From the human T2T-CHM13v2.0 reference genome, Homo sapiens, in NCBI RefSeq assembly GCF_009914755.1, contig NC_060926.1: DNA of 64,000 nucleotides. One strand, written 5' to 3'. Both the position numbers and the translations under genes were made by a program. Of the stretch, positions 15,001-28,278 are shown one piece after another; the stretch's first letter is position 1, and each line of letters starts with the position of its first letter. The notes under the pieces were generated by a model. The model did no database searches and had not been told where the DNA came from. It was given only the letters and a program-made list of their open reading frames with translations.

Positions 15001-18000
15001 TGCTCTAGAAACCCTACAGTGTACACGCCAGCCACCACATCAGAGAATAATCTGCTCCAAATAGAAATAGTGCCCAGAGTGAGAAACCCTTCTCTAGAAA
15101 CCCTACAGTATACAGGCCAGCCGCCACATCAGAGAATAATCTGCTCCAAATAGAAATAGTGCCCAGAGTGAGATACCCTGCTCTAGAAACCTTACAGTGT
15201 ACAGGCCAGCCGCCACATCAGAGAATAATCTGCTCCAAATAGAAATAGTGCCCAGAGTGAGAAACCCTGCTCTAGAAACCCTACAGTGTACAGGCCAGCC
15301 GCCACATCAGAGAATAATCTGCTCCAAATAGAAATAGTGCCCAGAGTGAGAAACCGTATTCTAGAAACCCTACAGTGTACAGGGCAGCCGCCACATCAGA
15401 GAATAATCTGGTCCAAATAGAAATAGTGCCCAGAGTGAGAAACCCTGCTCTAGAAACCCTACAGTGTACAGGCTCCAGAAACCCTGCTCTAGAAACCCTA
15501 CAGTGTACAGGCCAGCCGCCACATCAGAGAATAATCTGCTCCAAAACAGAAATAGTGCCCAGAGTGAGAAACTCTGCTCTGGAAACCCTACAGTGTACAG
15601 GCCAGCCGCCACATCAGAGAATAATCTGCTCCAAATAGAAATAGTGTCCAGAGTGAGAAACCCTGCTCTAGAAACCCTGCAGTATACAGGCCAGTCGCCA
15701 TATCAGAGAATAATGTGCTCCAAATAGAAGTAGTGCCCAGAGTGAGATACCCTTCTCTAGAAGCCCTACATTGTACAGGACAGCCGCCACATCAGAGAAT
15801 AATCTGCTCCAAATGGAAATAGTGCCCAGAGTGAGAAACCCTGCTCTAGAAACCCTACAGTGTACAGGCCAGCCGCCACATCAGAGAATAATGTGCTCCA
15901 AATAGAAATAGTGCTCAGAGTGAGAAACCCTGCTCTAGAAACCCTACAGTGTACAGGCCAGCCGCCACATCAGAGAATAATCTGCCCCAAATACAAATAG
16001 TGCCCAGTGTGAGATACACTGCTCTAGAAACCCTAGAGTGTACAGGCCAGTCGCCACATCAGAGAATAATCTGCTCCAAATAGAAATAGTGTCCATAGTG
16101 AGAAACCCTGCTCTAGAAACGCTACACTGTACAAGCCAGCCGCCACATCAGAGAATGATCTGCTGCAAACTAGAAATAGTGCCCAGAGTGAGAAACCCTG
16201 CTCTAGAAACCCTACAGTGTACAGGCCAGCCGCCACATCAGAGAATAATGTGCTCCAAAGAGAAATAGTGCCCAGCGTGAGAAACCCTGCTCTAGAAACC
16301 CTACAGTGTACAGGCCAGCCGCCACATCAGAGAATAATCGGCTCCAAAGAGAAATAGTGCCCAGAGTGAGAAACCCTGCTCTAGAAACCCTACGGTGTAC
16401 AGGCCAGCCGCCACATGAGAGAATAATCTGCTCCAAATGGAAATAGTGTCCAGAGTGAGAAACCCTGCTCTAGAAACCCTACAGTGTACAGGCCAGCCGC
16501 CACATCAGAGAATAATCTGCTCCAAACTAGAAATAGTGCCCAGAGTGAGAAACTCTGCTCTAGAAACCCTACAGTGTACAGGTCAGCCACCACATCAGAG
16601 AATAATCTGCTCCAAATAGAAATAGTGCCCAGAGTGAGAAACCCTGCTCTAGAAACCCTACAGTGTACAGGCCAGCCGCCACATCAGAGAATAATCTGCT
16701 CCAAATAGAAATAGTGCCCAGAGTGAGAAACCGTATTCTAGAAACCCTACAGTGTACAGGGCAGCCGCCACATCAGAGAATAATCTGGTCCAAATAGAAA
16801 TAGTGCCCAGAGTGGGAAACCCTGCTCTAGAAACCCTACAGTGTACAGGCTCCAGAAACCCTGCTCTAGAAACCCTACAGTGTACAGGCCAGCCGCCACA
16901 TCAGAGAATAATCTGCTCCAAAACAGAAATAGTGCCCAGAGTGAGAAACTCTGCTCTGGAAACCCTACAGTGTACAGGCCAGCCGCCACATCAGAGAATA
17001 ATCTGCTCCAAATAGAAATAGTGTCCAGAGTGAGAAACCCTGCTCTAGAAACCCTGCAGTATACAGGCCAGTCGCCATATCAGAGAATAATGTGCTCCAA
17101 ATAGAAGTAGTGCCCAGAGTGAGATACCCTTCTCTAGAAGCCCTACATTGTACAGGACAGCCGCCACATCAGAGAATAATCTGCTCCAAATGGAAATAGT
17201 GCCCAGAGTGAGAAACCCTGCTCTAGAAACCCTACAGTGTACAGGCCAGCCGCCACATCAGAGAATAATGTGCTCCAAATAGAAATAGTGCTCAGAGTGA
17301 GAAACCCTGCTCTAGAAACCCTACAGTGTACAGGCCAGCCGCCACATCAGAGAATAATCTGCCCCAAATACAAATAGTGCCCAGTGTGAGATACACTGCT
17401 CTAGAAACCCTAGAGTGTACAGGCCAGTCGCCACATCAGAGAATAATCTGCTCCAAATAGAAATAGTGTCCAGAGTGAGAAACCCTGCTCTAGAAACGCT
17501 ACAGTGTACAAGCCAGCCGCCACATCAGAGAATGATCTGCTGCAAACTAGAAATAGTGCCCAGAGTGAGAAACCCTGCTCTAGAAACCCTACAGTGTACA
17601 GGCCAGCCGCCACATCAGAGAATAATGTGCTCCAAAGAGAAATAGTGCCCAGCGTGAGAAACCCTGCTCTAGAAACCCTACAGTGTACAGGCCAGCCGCC
17701 ACATCAGAGAATAATCGGCTCCAAAGAGAAATAGTGCCCAGAGTGAGAAACCCTGCTCTAGAAACCCTACAGTGTACAGGCCAGCCGCCACATGAGAGAA
17801 TAATCTGCTCCAAATGGAAATAGTGTCCAGAGTGAGAAACCCTGCTCTAGAAACCCTACAGTGTACAGGCCAGCCGCCACATCAGAGAATAATCTGCTCC
17901 AAACTAGAAATAGTGCCCAGAGTGAGAAACTCTGCTCTAGAAACCCTACAGTGTACAGGTCAGCCACCACATCAGAGAATAATCTGCTCCAAACTAGAAA

Positions 18001-20486
18001 TAGTGCCCAGAGTGAGAAAGTCTGCTCTGGAAACCCTATAGTGTACAGGCTCCAGAAACCCTGCTCTAGAAACCCTACAGTGTACAGGCCAGCTGCCACA
18101 TCAGGGAATAATCTGCTCCAAACTACAAATAGTGCCCAGAGTGAGAAACCCTGCTCTAGAAACCCTACAGTGTACAGGTCAGCCGCCACATGAGAGAATA
18201 ACCTGCTCCAAATAGAAATAGTGCCCAGAGTGAGAAACCCTGCTCTAGAAACCCTATAGTGTACAGGCCAGCTGCCACATCAGAGAATGATCTGCTCCAT
18301 ATAGAAATAGTGCCCAGAGTGAGAAACCCTGCTCTAGAAACCCTACAGTGTACAGGCCAGCCGCCACATCAGAGAATAATCTACTCCAAAATAGAAATAG
18401 TGCCCCGAGTGAGAAACCCTGCTCTGGAAACCCTACAGTGTACAGGCCAGCCGCCACATCAGAGAATAATCTGCTCTAAATAGAAATAGAGCCCAGAGTG
18501 AGAAACCCTGCTTTAGAAACCCTACAGTGTATAGGCCATCCGCCACATCAGAGAATAATCTGCTCCAAATAGAAATAGTGCCCAGAGTGAGAAACCCTGC
18601 TCTAGAAACCCTACAGTGTGCAGGCCAGCCGCCACATCAGAGAATAATCTGCTCCAAAATAGAAATAGTGCCCAGAGTGAGAAACTCTGCTCTGGAAACC
18701 CTACAGTGTACAGGCTCCCGAAACCCTTCTCTAGGAACCCTACAGTTTACAGGCCAGCCGCCACATCAGAGAATAATGTGCTCCAAATAGAAATAGTGCC
18801 CAGAGTGAGAAACCCTTCTCTAGAAACCCCACAGTGTACAGGCCAGCCGCCACATCAGAGAATAATCTGCTCCAAATAGAAATAGTGCCCAGAGTGAGAA
18901 ACCCTGCTGTAGAAACCCTACAGTGTACAGGCCAGCCGCCACGTCAGAGAACAATCTGCTCCAAAATAGAAATAGTGCCCACAGTGAGAAACCCTGCTCT
19001 AGAAACCCTACAGTGTACAGGCCAGCCACCACATCAGAGAATAATCTGCTCCAAATAGAAATAGTGCCCAGAGTGAGAAACCCTGCTCTAGAAACCCTAC
19101 AGTGTACAGGCCAGCCGCCACGTCAGAGAACAATCTGCTCCAAAATAGAAATAGTGCCCACAGTGAGAAACCCTGCTCTAGAAACCCTACAGTGTACAGG
19201 CCAGCTGCCACATCAGAGAATAATCTGCTCCAAAATAGAAATTGTGCCCAGAGTGAGAAACCCTGCTCTAGAAACCCTACAGTGTACAGGCCAGCCGCCA
19301 CGTCAGAGAACAATCTGCTCCAAAATAGAAATAGTGCCCACAGTGAGAAACCCTGCTCTAGAAACCCTACCGTGTACAGGCCAGCTGCCACATCAGAGAA
19401 TAATCTGCTCCAAAATAGAAATTGTGCCCAGAGTGAGAAACCCTGCTCTAGAAATCCTACAGTGTACAGGCTCCTGAAACCCTGCTCTAGAAACCCTACA
19501 GTGTACACGTCAGCCGCCACATCAGAGAATAATTTGCTCCAAACTAGAAATAGTGCCCAGGGTGAGAAACCCTGCTCTAGAAATCCTACAGTGTACAGGC
19601 TCCCGAAACCCTGCTCTAGAAAGCCTAGAGTGTACAGGCCAGCTGCCACATCAGAGAATAATCTGCTCCAAAATAGAAATAGTGCCCAGAGTGAGAAACC
19701 TTTCTCTAGAAATCCTACAGTGTACAGGCTCCAGAAACCGTGCTCTAGAAACCCTACAGTGTACAGGCCAGCCACCACATCAGAGAATAATCTGCTCCAA
19801 AATTGAAATAGTGCCCAGATTGATAAACCTTGTTCTAGAAATCCTACAGTGTACAGGCTCCAGAAACCCTGCTCTAGAAACCCTACAGTGTGCAGGCCAG
19901 CCACCACATCAGAGAATAATCTGCTCCAAAATAGAAATAGTGCCCAGAGTGAGAAGCCTTGCTCTAGAAATCCTACAGTGTACAGGCTCCAGAAACCCTG
20001 CTCTAGAAACCCTACTGTGTACAGGCCAGCCGCCACATCAGAGAATAATCTGCTCCAAACTAGAAATAGTGTCCAGAGTGAGAAACCTTGCTCTAGAAAT
20101 CCTACAGTGTACAGGCTCCAGAAACCCTGCTCTAGAAACCCTACAGTGTACAGGCCAGCCACCACATCAGAGAATAATCTGCTCCAAAATAGAAATAGTG
20201 CCCCAGAGTCAGAAACCTTGCTCTAGAAATCCCACAGTGTACAGTCTCCAGAAACCCTGCTCTAGAAACCCTACAGTGTACAGGCCAGCTGCCACATCAG
20301 AGAATAATCTGTTCCAAAATAGAAATAGTGCCCAGAGTGAGAAACCCTGCTCTAGAAACCGTACAGTGTACAGGCTCCAGAAACCCTGCTCTAGAAACCC
20401 TACAGTGTACAGGCCAGCTGCCACATCAGAGAATAATCTGCTCCAAAATGGAAATAGTGCCCAGGGTGAGAAACCCTGCTCTAGAT
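1..20486 (+). repeat. Large tandem array (macrosatellite/VNTR) of 89/90-bp monomers plus 39-bp submonomers, derived from the MER20 3' end and its target site
   Basis: Monomer gtgtacaggccagccgccacatcagagaataatctgctccaaatagaaatagtgcccagagtgagaaaccctgctctagaaaccctaca (89 bp; the 90-bp variant has one extra base after ctccaaa) repeats continuously. It aligns by eye to the recalled MER20 3' end (ATCCTACAATGCACAGGACAGCCCCCACAACAAAGAATTATCCGGCCCAAAATGTCAATAGTGCCGAGGTTGAGAAACCCTG). The array ends at gagaaaccctg-ctctagat (20468-20486). Confidence 0.93.
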
Positions 20487-20589
20487 TGACATCCTCAGGG
20501 GACCCAGGCTGGAGGGCTCTCCCGACACCACATTTTCTTAGAGGTTTTCCTACCTGCGTGAGGTGCACAGCCCCCTTATTACTCTTGGC

Positions 20590-21640
20590 TGTTTTAATAT
20601 TATGACACAGTAAGAAATATATATTTAGTCTTCATCCCCTGTTCGTGGCATAGAGTTCCTAAAACCTTTGAGCTTTCCTGAATGATAGCAGTGAAAGGAG
20701 CATCTTTGTATTCATAATAAGCCCCTTGCTAACATACCTGAATTGATGCTAATAAAGTGGCTCTTTAATCACCTCTGGATGGTGATTGGCCACCAGAGGA
20801 ATGAACTATGTGATTCAGAACTTTCAACTTCCCTGCCTCCAGGGAGGGGAGAGGGGCTGGGTATTGAGTTAATCAATGGCCAGTGGTTTAATCAATCATG
20901 TCTATGTAATGGAATGAACCTCCATAAAATCCCTAACTGATGGGGTTCAGAGAGCTTCTGGATTGGTTAGTGCATTCACATGCTGGGAAGATGAGCACCC
21001 CAGCTCCACGGAGACAAAAGATGCTGTTTGGGGACTGCTCCACACTTCGCCCTGTGTACCTCTTCATCTGGCTGTTCATTTATATCCTTTATAATATCCT
21101 ACAGGTGTGGTGGTGCACACCTATAGTCCCAGCTACTTGCTGGGTGGGAGGCTCAGGTGGGAGGATCGCTGGAGCCCAGGAGTTCAAGGCAGCAGTGAGC
21201 TATGATCATGCCACTTCACACCAGCGTGGGCAACAGAGCAAGACCCTGTCTCTAAAAGAAAAAAAATTCCTTTCTAGTAAACTGGCAATAATAAAGTGTT
21301 TCTCTGAGCTCACAGGTGAGCTGTTATATCAAATTATCAAACCTAATGAGGGGGTTATGGAAGCCCCCAGTTTGTAGCTAGGTCAGATGTAGGAGTGTGG
21401 ATAACCTGGGGACCCACTACTTGTGATTGACATCTGAAGTTGGGTCAATTTTGTAGGACTGAACCCTTAACCTGTAGGAGGTGTGTTAACTCCAGGTAGT
21501 TAGTGTCAAAATTGAATTAAGTTGTAAGACACCCAGCTGGGATTTCCACCAAGAATTGGAAAATTGCTATGGCATAGAAAACCCACACATTTGGGTCAGA
21601 AGTATTGTGAGTGGAGAAAGAGTTTTTTCTTTAACTGTAC
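20590..21640 (+). mobile_element. MER21-family solo LTR, interrupted by an Alu monomer
   Basis: taagaaatatatatttagtct...cctaaaacc start, cttcatctggctgttcatt..tatccttt core and gtcagaagtattgtgagt end resemble the recalled MER21B/C consensus; strand tentative. Confidence 0.7.
21102..21266 (+). mobile_element. Alu right monomer (AluJ/FRAM-like)
   Basis: caggtgtggtggtgcacacctatagtcccagctac...gagcccaggagttcaaggc...A-tail. Confidence 0.85.
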
Positions 21641-21659
21641 ACACACTCTCACACTAGCA

Positions 21660-21830
21660 ACTAACATTGAATGCCTTTTCTGTTTAGGGTATCATGCTTC
21701 ACACTTTACATGGATCACTTCCTTCAGTTCTCACAGTAAGCCTTGGAAGCATGTATCATTCTCTCTCTTTTACAATGAGGAAACTGAAGGTTAGAGGTGA
21801 CATGACTTGCCCAAGGTGACACAGCTAGAA
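21660..21830 (-). mobile_element. MIR
   Basis: ttttacaatgaggaaactgaagg...gacttgcccaaggtgacacagctag is the reverse complement of the MIR core. Confidence 0.85.
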
Positions 21831-21876
21831 AGCGGTCTCTGCTCTCAACTGCTCTACAGCACTGCCTCCCTAAGAT

Positions 21877-22285
21877 TGTTATTGAAACACCAGGGGTTCA
21901 GGCTAGGTCTGCTGCTTGCAGCACAGAAAGCCAGTGACTGAGAGGACGAGTGTTGCCAAGGAAGACGGTGCTGCAGCGGAGGAGATGGCAGATCAGTCTC
22001 AAACCCATCTCCCTGACTAACTAAACTTGGGGGTTTACATAGCAGAGAAGAAATGTAACAATGTATTGGAAAATAGGACCTAGGGAGGGGTAAGGAAACA
22101 AAATCAGGGGTCTGGCATCTCATTGTCTGGTTGCCATGATCTGGTGAGTTTCAGTTCTTTGATGCTTTTTGAGAGGTCTACTAGTCCTTTCCTAAGGAAG
22201 GAACTCAGAGAAAACAAATGTTTAAGTTTCAAGCTTTAAGACCACAAGGTCCCATTTCTATGTTTATCCAAAAGAACTGTCTATG
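21877..22285 (-). mobile_element. ERV1-class LTR fragment (MER57/MER66-like; subfamily uncertain)
   Basis: tgttattgaaacaccaggggttc...agaaagcc..tcagtctcaaa.ccatctccctgac resembles the reverse strand of a MER4-group LTR. Confidence 0.55.
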
Positions 22286-22286
22286 G

Positions 22287-23143
<857 letters not shown>

Positions 23144-23173
23144 TAATACTGATTTCTAAGTACTATCCTGAAA

Positions 23174-23192
23174 TGACCAGCAGAGGGCAGCA
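23174..23192 (+). promoter_or_regulatory. CTCF-like binding motif
   Basis: tgaccagcagagggcagca closely fits the CTCF core CCASYAGRKGGCRS; binding not shown. Confidence 0.6.
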
Positions 23193-23307
23193 GTACATTA
23201 AAGTGCTGAAGGAATGACGCTGGACCCTTAGGCTTCATGGTATGTTCTGGGCAAAGGCAGAGCCTGGTCCCTGGGGTGTTGGCATCAATGGACTCAGGAG
23301 GAATTTA

Positions 23308-23771
<464 letters not shown>

Positions 23772-23828
23772 TTAGATAGAGGGCACCTCTCCAGTCCGTG
23801 CAGCACCACACGAGTCCCCGGCTGTTGT

Positions 23829-23997
23829 CAGAGCATGGTAAGTGTGTGTGTGTATGTGTGTGTGTGCGTATGTGCAAATGTCCACCCGCCAGAGCATGGT
23901 GAGAGTATGTGTGTGTGTGTGTGCACGCAAACGCCCACCCCCCAGAGCACGGTGAGAGTGTGTGTGTGCATGTACAAATGTCCACCCCGCCCTCCAG
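23829..23997 (+). repeat. Three imperfect ~55-60 bp units each containing a (TG)n tract
   Basis: cagagca(t/c)ggt(a/g)ag..(tg)n..aaa(t/c)g(t/c)ccaccc repeated three times. Confidence 0.85.
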
Positions 23998-24259
23998 AAA
24001 AGCAGCTGAATCATCTTTCCCGTATGCCACCCTCTCTCTTGGAGCTGTCTGGTTCTCCATCTTATCGGGGACCTGAGGCAGCTGAATATAAAGGGCATGG
24101 GTGGTGATGCAGGAATGTAGACTGTGGTGGGCGAAGGGCCTGAGAATGCAGCCTCGGGCCTCCTTTCACCCTAGGAAGCCAGAGGAACCTCAGGGAGATG
24201 TGAAGCCCCTGGGGTCAGATGCAGAACTGTACATATATAAATATGCACTTATATAGCTT

Positions 24260-24690
24260 ATTTTAAAAACTTTTAATCTTGAAATAATTATAGATTCACA
24301 AGAAGTTGTAAAAATAGTAGCAAGGCTCTGTGTGCCTTTCGACCAGTTACCCCCAATGGTAATATCTACATTACTTAAGCACAATAGGTAAACGAGGAAA
24401 TGACATTGGTACGATCCAGGCCTTATTTGGACTTAGAGAGTTTTACATACACTTATGTGCATGTGTGTGGGTATAGTTCTATGCAATTTTATCACATGTA
24501 TAGATTGGTGTAACTCCCACCACAATCAAGATACAGAACTGTTCCATCACCCCAAAGATCCCTCATGCTACCCTTTTATATTAATATTTACACCCACTCC
24601 TCTCTCCCCTCCCTGTCCCTGCCCCTAGCAGTCACTAATCTCTTTTCTGTCCTTATCATCTTGTCATTTCAAGAATGTTACATATATACA
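24260..24690 (-). mobile_element. Old L1 (L1MC-like) 3' fragment
   Basis: ttgaaataattatagattcaca.gaagttg.aaaaatagta...caccacaatcaagatacagaactgttccatcacccca. Confidence 0.75.
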
Positions 24691-24702
24691 TATATATTTT
24701 AT

Positions 24703-25300
24703 TTATTTATTTTTTTTGAGATAGGGTTTCACTCTGTTGCCCAGGCTGGAGTGCAGTGGCACAATCTCGGCTCACTGCAACCTCCACCTCCTAGGCTAGA
24801 GTGATCCTCCTACCCCAGCCTCCCAAGTAGCTGGGACCATAGGTGCGCACCACCATGCCCAGCTAATTTTTTAAATTTTTTGTAGAGATGGGGTTTCACC
24901 GTGTTGCCCAGGCTGGATCTCGAATTCCTGAGCTCAAGTGATCTGCCTGTCTCGGCCTCCCAAAATGCTGGGATTACAAGTATGAGCCACTGCGCCCAGC
25001 CCTGTATGTTTTTTTTTTTTGAAATGGAGTTTTGCTCTTGTTGCCCCGACTGGAGTGCAATGTGCGATCTCGGCTCACTGCAACCTCCACCGCCTCCCAG
25101 GTTCCACTCTTCTGCCTCAGCCTCCCAAGTAGCTGGGATTACAAGTGTGCACCACCATGCCCGGCTAATTTTTGTATTTTTAGTAGAGATGGGGTTTCAC
25201 CACGTTGGCCAGGTTGGTCTTGAACTCCTGACCTCCGGTGATCCGCCCACCTCGGCCTCCCAAAGTGCTGGGATGAGAGGCATGAGCTACCACGCCTGGC
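24703..25300 (-). mobile_element. Two tandem Alus (about 24703-25002 and 25008-25300)
   Basis: Two dimeric Alu reverse complements. Confidence 0.92.
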
Positions 25301-26943
25301 CCTATATGTATTTTTACAAGGGATCCACAGCAGTCATCATATTCTCAAAGGCATCCACAGTAAAGTGCTGAGATTGCAGGAGCTTGGTGTGAATTCTACA
25401 AGAAGCTGAACAGCAGCAGATCCCGTTCTCTTGCCGAGCAGTGCCAGGTGTTCTCTGGGTGTGAGGAAATCATAATCAGCCTCTGTTGAATGATTACTGT
25501 GTGTCAGGCACCAACGTCTCAAAGATGTTAAGTAACCTGCCCGAGGCCACACGGCAGCAAGTGGCAGAGCAGGAGTGAGCCAGGTTCTCTCTGTGCCCCT
25601 CTGCTTCCGCAGGAGTGATGAAATAGGAGATGCATCTGCACAGAAAGGCTCGGCTGGCCGCAGAAACCCAGGCAGGTCCAGAAACCAGTCCTTGAGCCAG
25701 CAGGAGGTTTGGGAGCTGCAGATGTGACTAGGAGAGCGCCAGCCCTGGGGGTGCTTCTGGCAAGGGAGCTTGCTGGCCAGGATGGGTGAGCCATGGCTTG
25801 CCAGAGGGTGGCCTGCTGGTCTCCTGGTGGCACCAACTTCCTCTAAGTGCCTTCCCAAGTCATGACGATACTTGGTGGTCCAGATAAGTATTTGTGTGTG
25901 GGCGGCAGGGAAAGCAGGTGGAATTATCGTAGGAAGGCAGTAGAGTTGGCTGACAGTGGTAGATGATGGCACTGGACATTTTTTGGCTACTAATCAGTGG
26001 CGGATGTCTCACTAAATTTGGTCAAAGTTCTGCACATGAGTTGGGGCACTTTTTGGAGAAAGCCAGGCCGATCTCACTTAGTCCCTGTCGCCACTTCCTG
26101 CCTCCACCTCGTGCCTTTTGGTTGTCCTCTCCTCTCCTGTGTAACCAGGTGGCATGAGCCTTAGGGTACTTCACTTCCTCTCCCCAAAAGAAAGGCCTGG
26201 GGCTGGAGTTGGGGACCGGCACTGTGGTGTGCACTGGGATGGTTTTTCTTTCTGTCTGGCTGTTATCTGGGCTCCTCTCTTGTTGAGGTAGGAAAGATGG
26301 GACTCCTCCCAGGTTTCCCGTTGGAGTATGTGTGACCACCCGTGGCCATAGGCTCTGAGGCCCACATCTCCTCTTTCTATCATTACCCCATTTTCCTCTG
26401 CAGGGATTACCTCTCTTCCATCTATATATTCTTGCAGGGAGTAATTCCAGCTGCAAAAGCCTGAAGACAGGAGCCAGACCCACCTCGGCCCACCCCATGG
26501 AGCAGGGAGGCCACAGAGCTCAGTCATCTAGACAAGCTCTTGTGGGGCTTAGATCTAATGCAGAGCCACCACCTTGGTGGCCACGTGTCCCTGGACTTAG
26601 GCTGTGGCCCAGGCTTCCCCACCCTAGCCCAGGATACACTCGCTTCTTGCTCAATTTCAAGCCATGAATTCTGGGAGTCCCCAGGATCCTCCCAATCTTC
26701 CTCTTGCTTAAGTTGGCCGGCATTGGGTCTTTTACCAGTGACCAAAGCACCACAATTTTAGACACAGTGGAATGCAGACTTGGCCTCATTTGGGTCCCCT
26801 CCCTGTGGCCTGCCACACTCAGCAATGAGAGCCCTCCTTGGGGCCCTGCCCAGCTCCCCATGATGTGGAGTAAAGGCTCTGATGGGAAGAGAAATCTCCA
26901 TTTTATCCCACTATATCTCCTCTTTACAAACTTCCTTTTCCTA

Positions 26944-27606
<663 letters not shown>

Positions 27607-27965
27607 TGTCTTAGTTTGCTAGGGCTGCCATAACAAAGCACGCAGGTCCTTGAGGGGCGTCACTTCACTCTGTGTCACTGTGTTACAATGTCGATGAGGG
27701 GGAGAAACATCCATTCCTCCCCATGTCTGCATAGGTTTTCTCTGGGTACTCCACTTTCCTCCCAAACCCCAAAAGCTGTGAATGGGTGTGTCTGCATGGC
27801 CCCGGTCTGAGTGAGTGTGGGTGTGTGTGAATGGCCCTGAAATGGGATGGCATCCTGTCCAGGGCTGGTTCCCGCCCTGTGTCCTCAGCTGCTGGGAGAG
27901 GCGCCAGCCACCTGAGACCTTGAACGATAATCAGCAGGTTGGAAAGTGAAAGGATGCAACGATTA

Positions 27966-28278
<313 letters not shown>

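Noticed and set aside
1-20486. CRISPR-like repeat array
   Set aside because: There are no unique spacers, the whole unit is repeated, and the context is eukaryotic with no cas genes.
4-20605. Numerous ORFs in the array, including 385 aa (19008-20165, minus) and 350 aa (19553-20605, plus)
   Set aside because: Frames stay open only where 90- and 39-bp units (multiples of 3) run consecutively, and 89-bp units shift the frame. Most starts are GTG and the sequence is MITE-derived, so these are not a mucin-like or membrane protein.
24087-24093. TATA-like tataaag
   Set aside because: Isolated motif with no CpG island or downstream gene evidence.
25337-26861. ORFs of 100-211 aa in moderately GC-rich unique DNA
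   Set aside because: No recognisable domain, overlapping frames on both strands, and no consistent splice structure.
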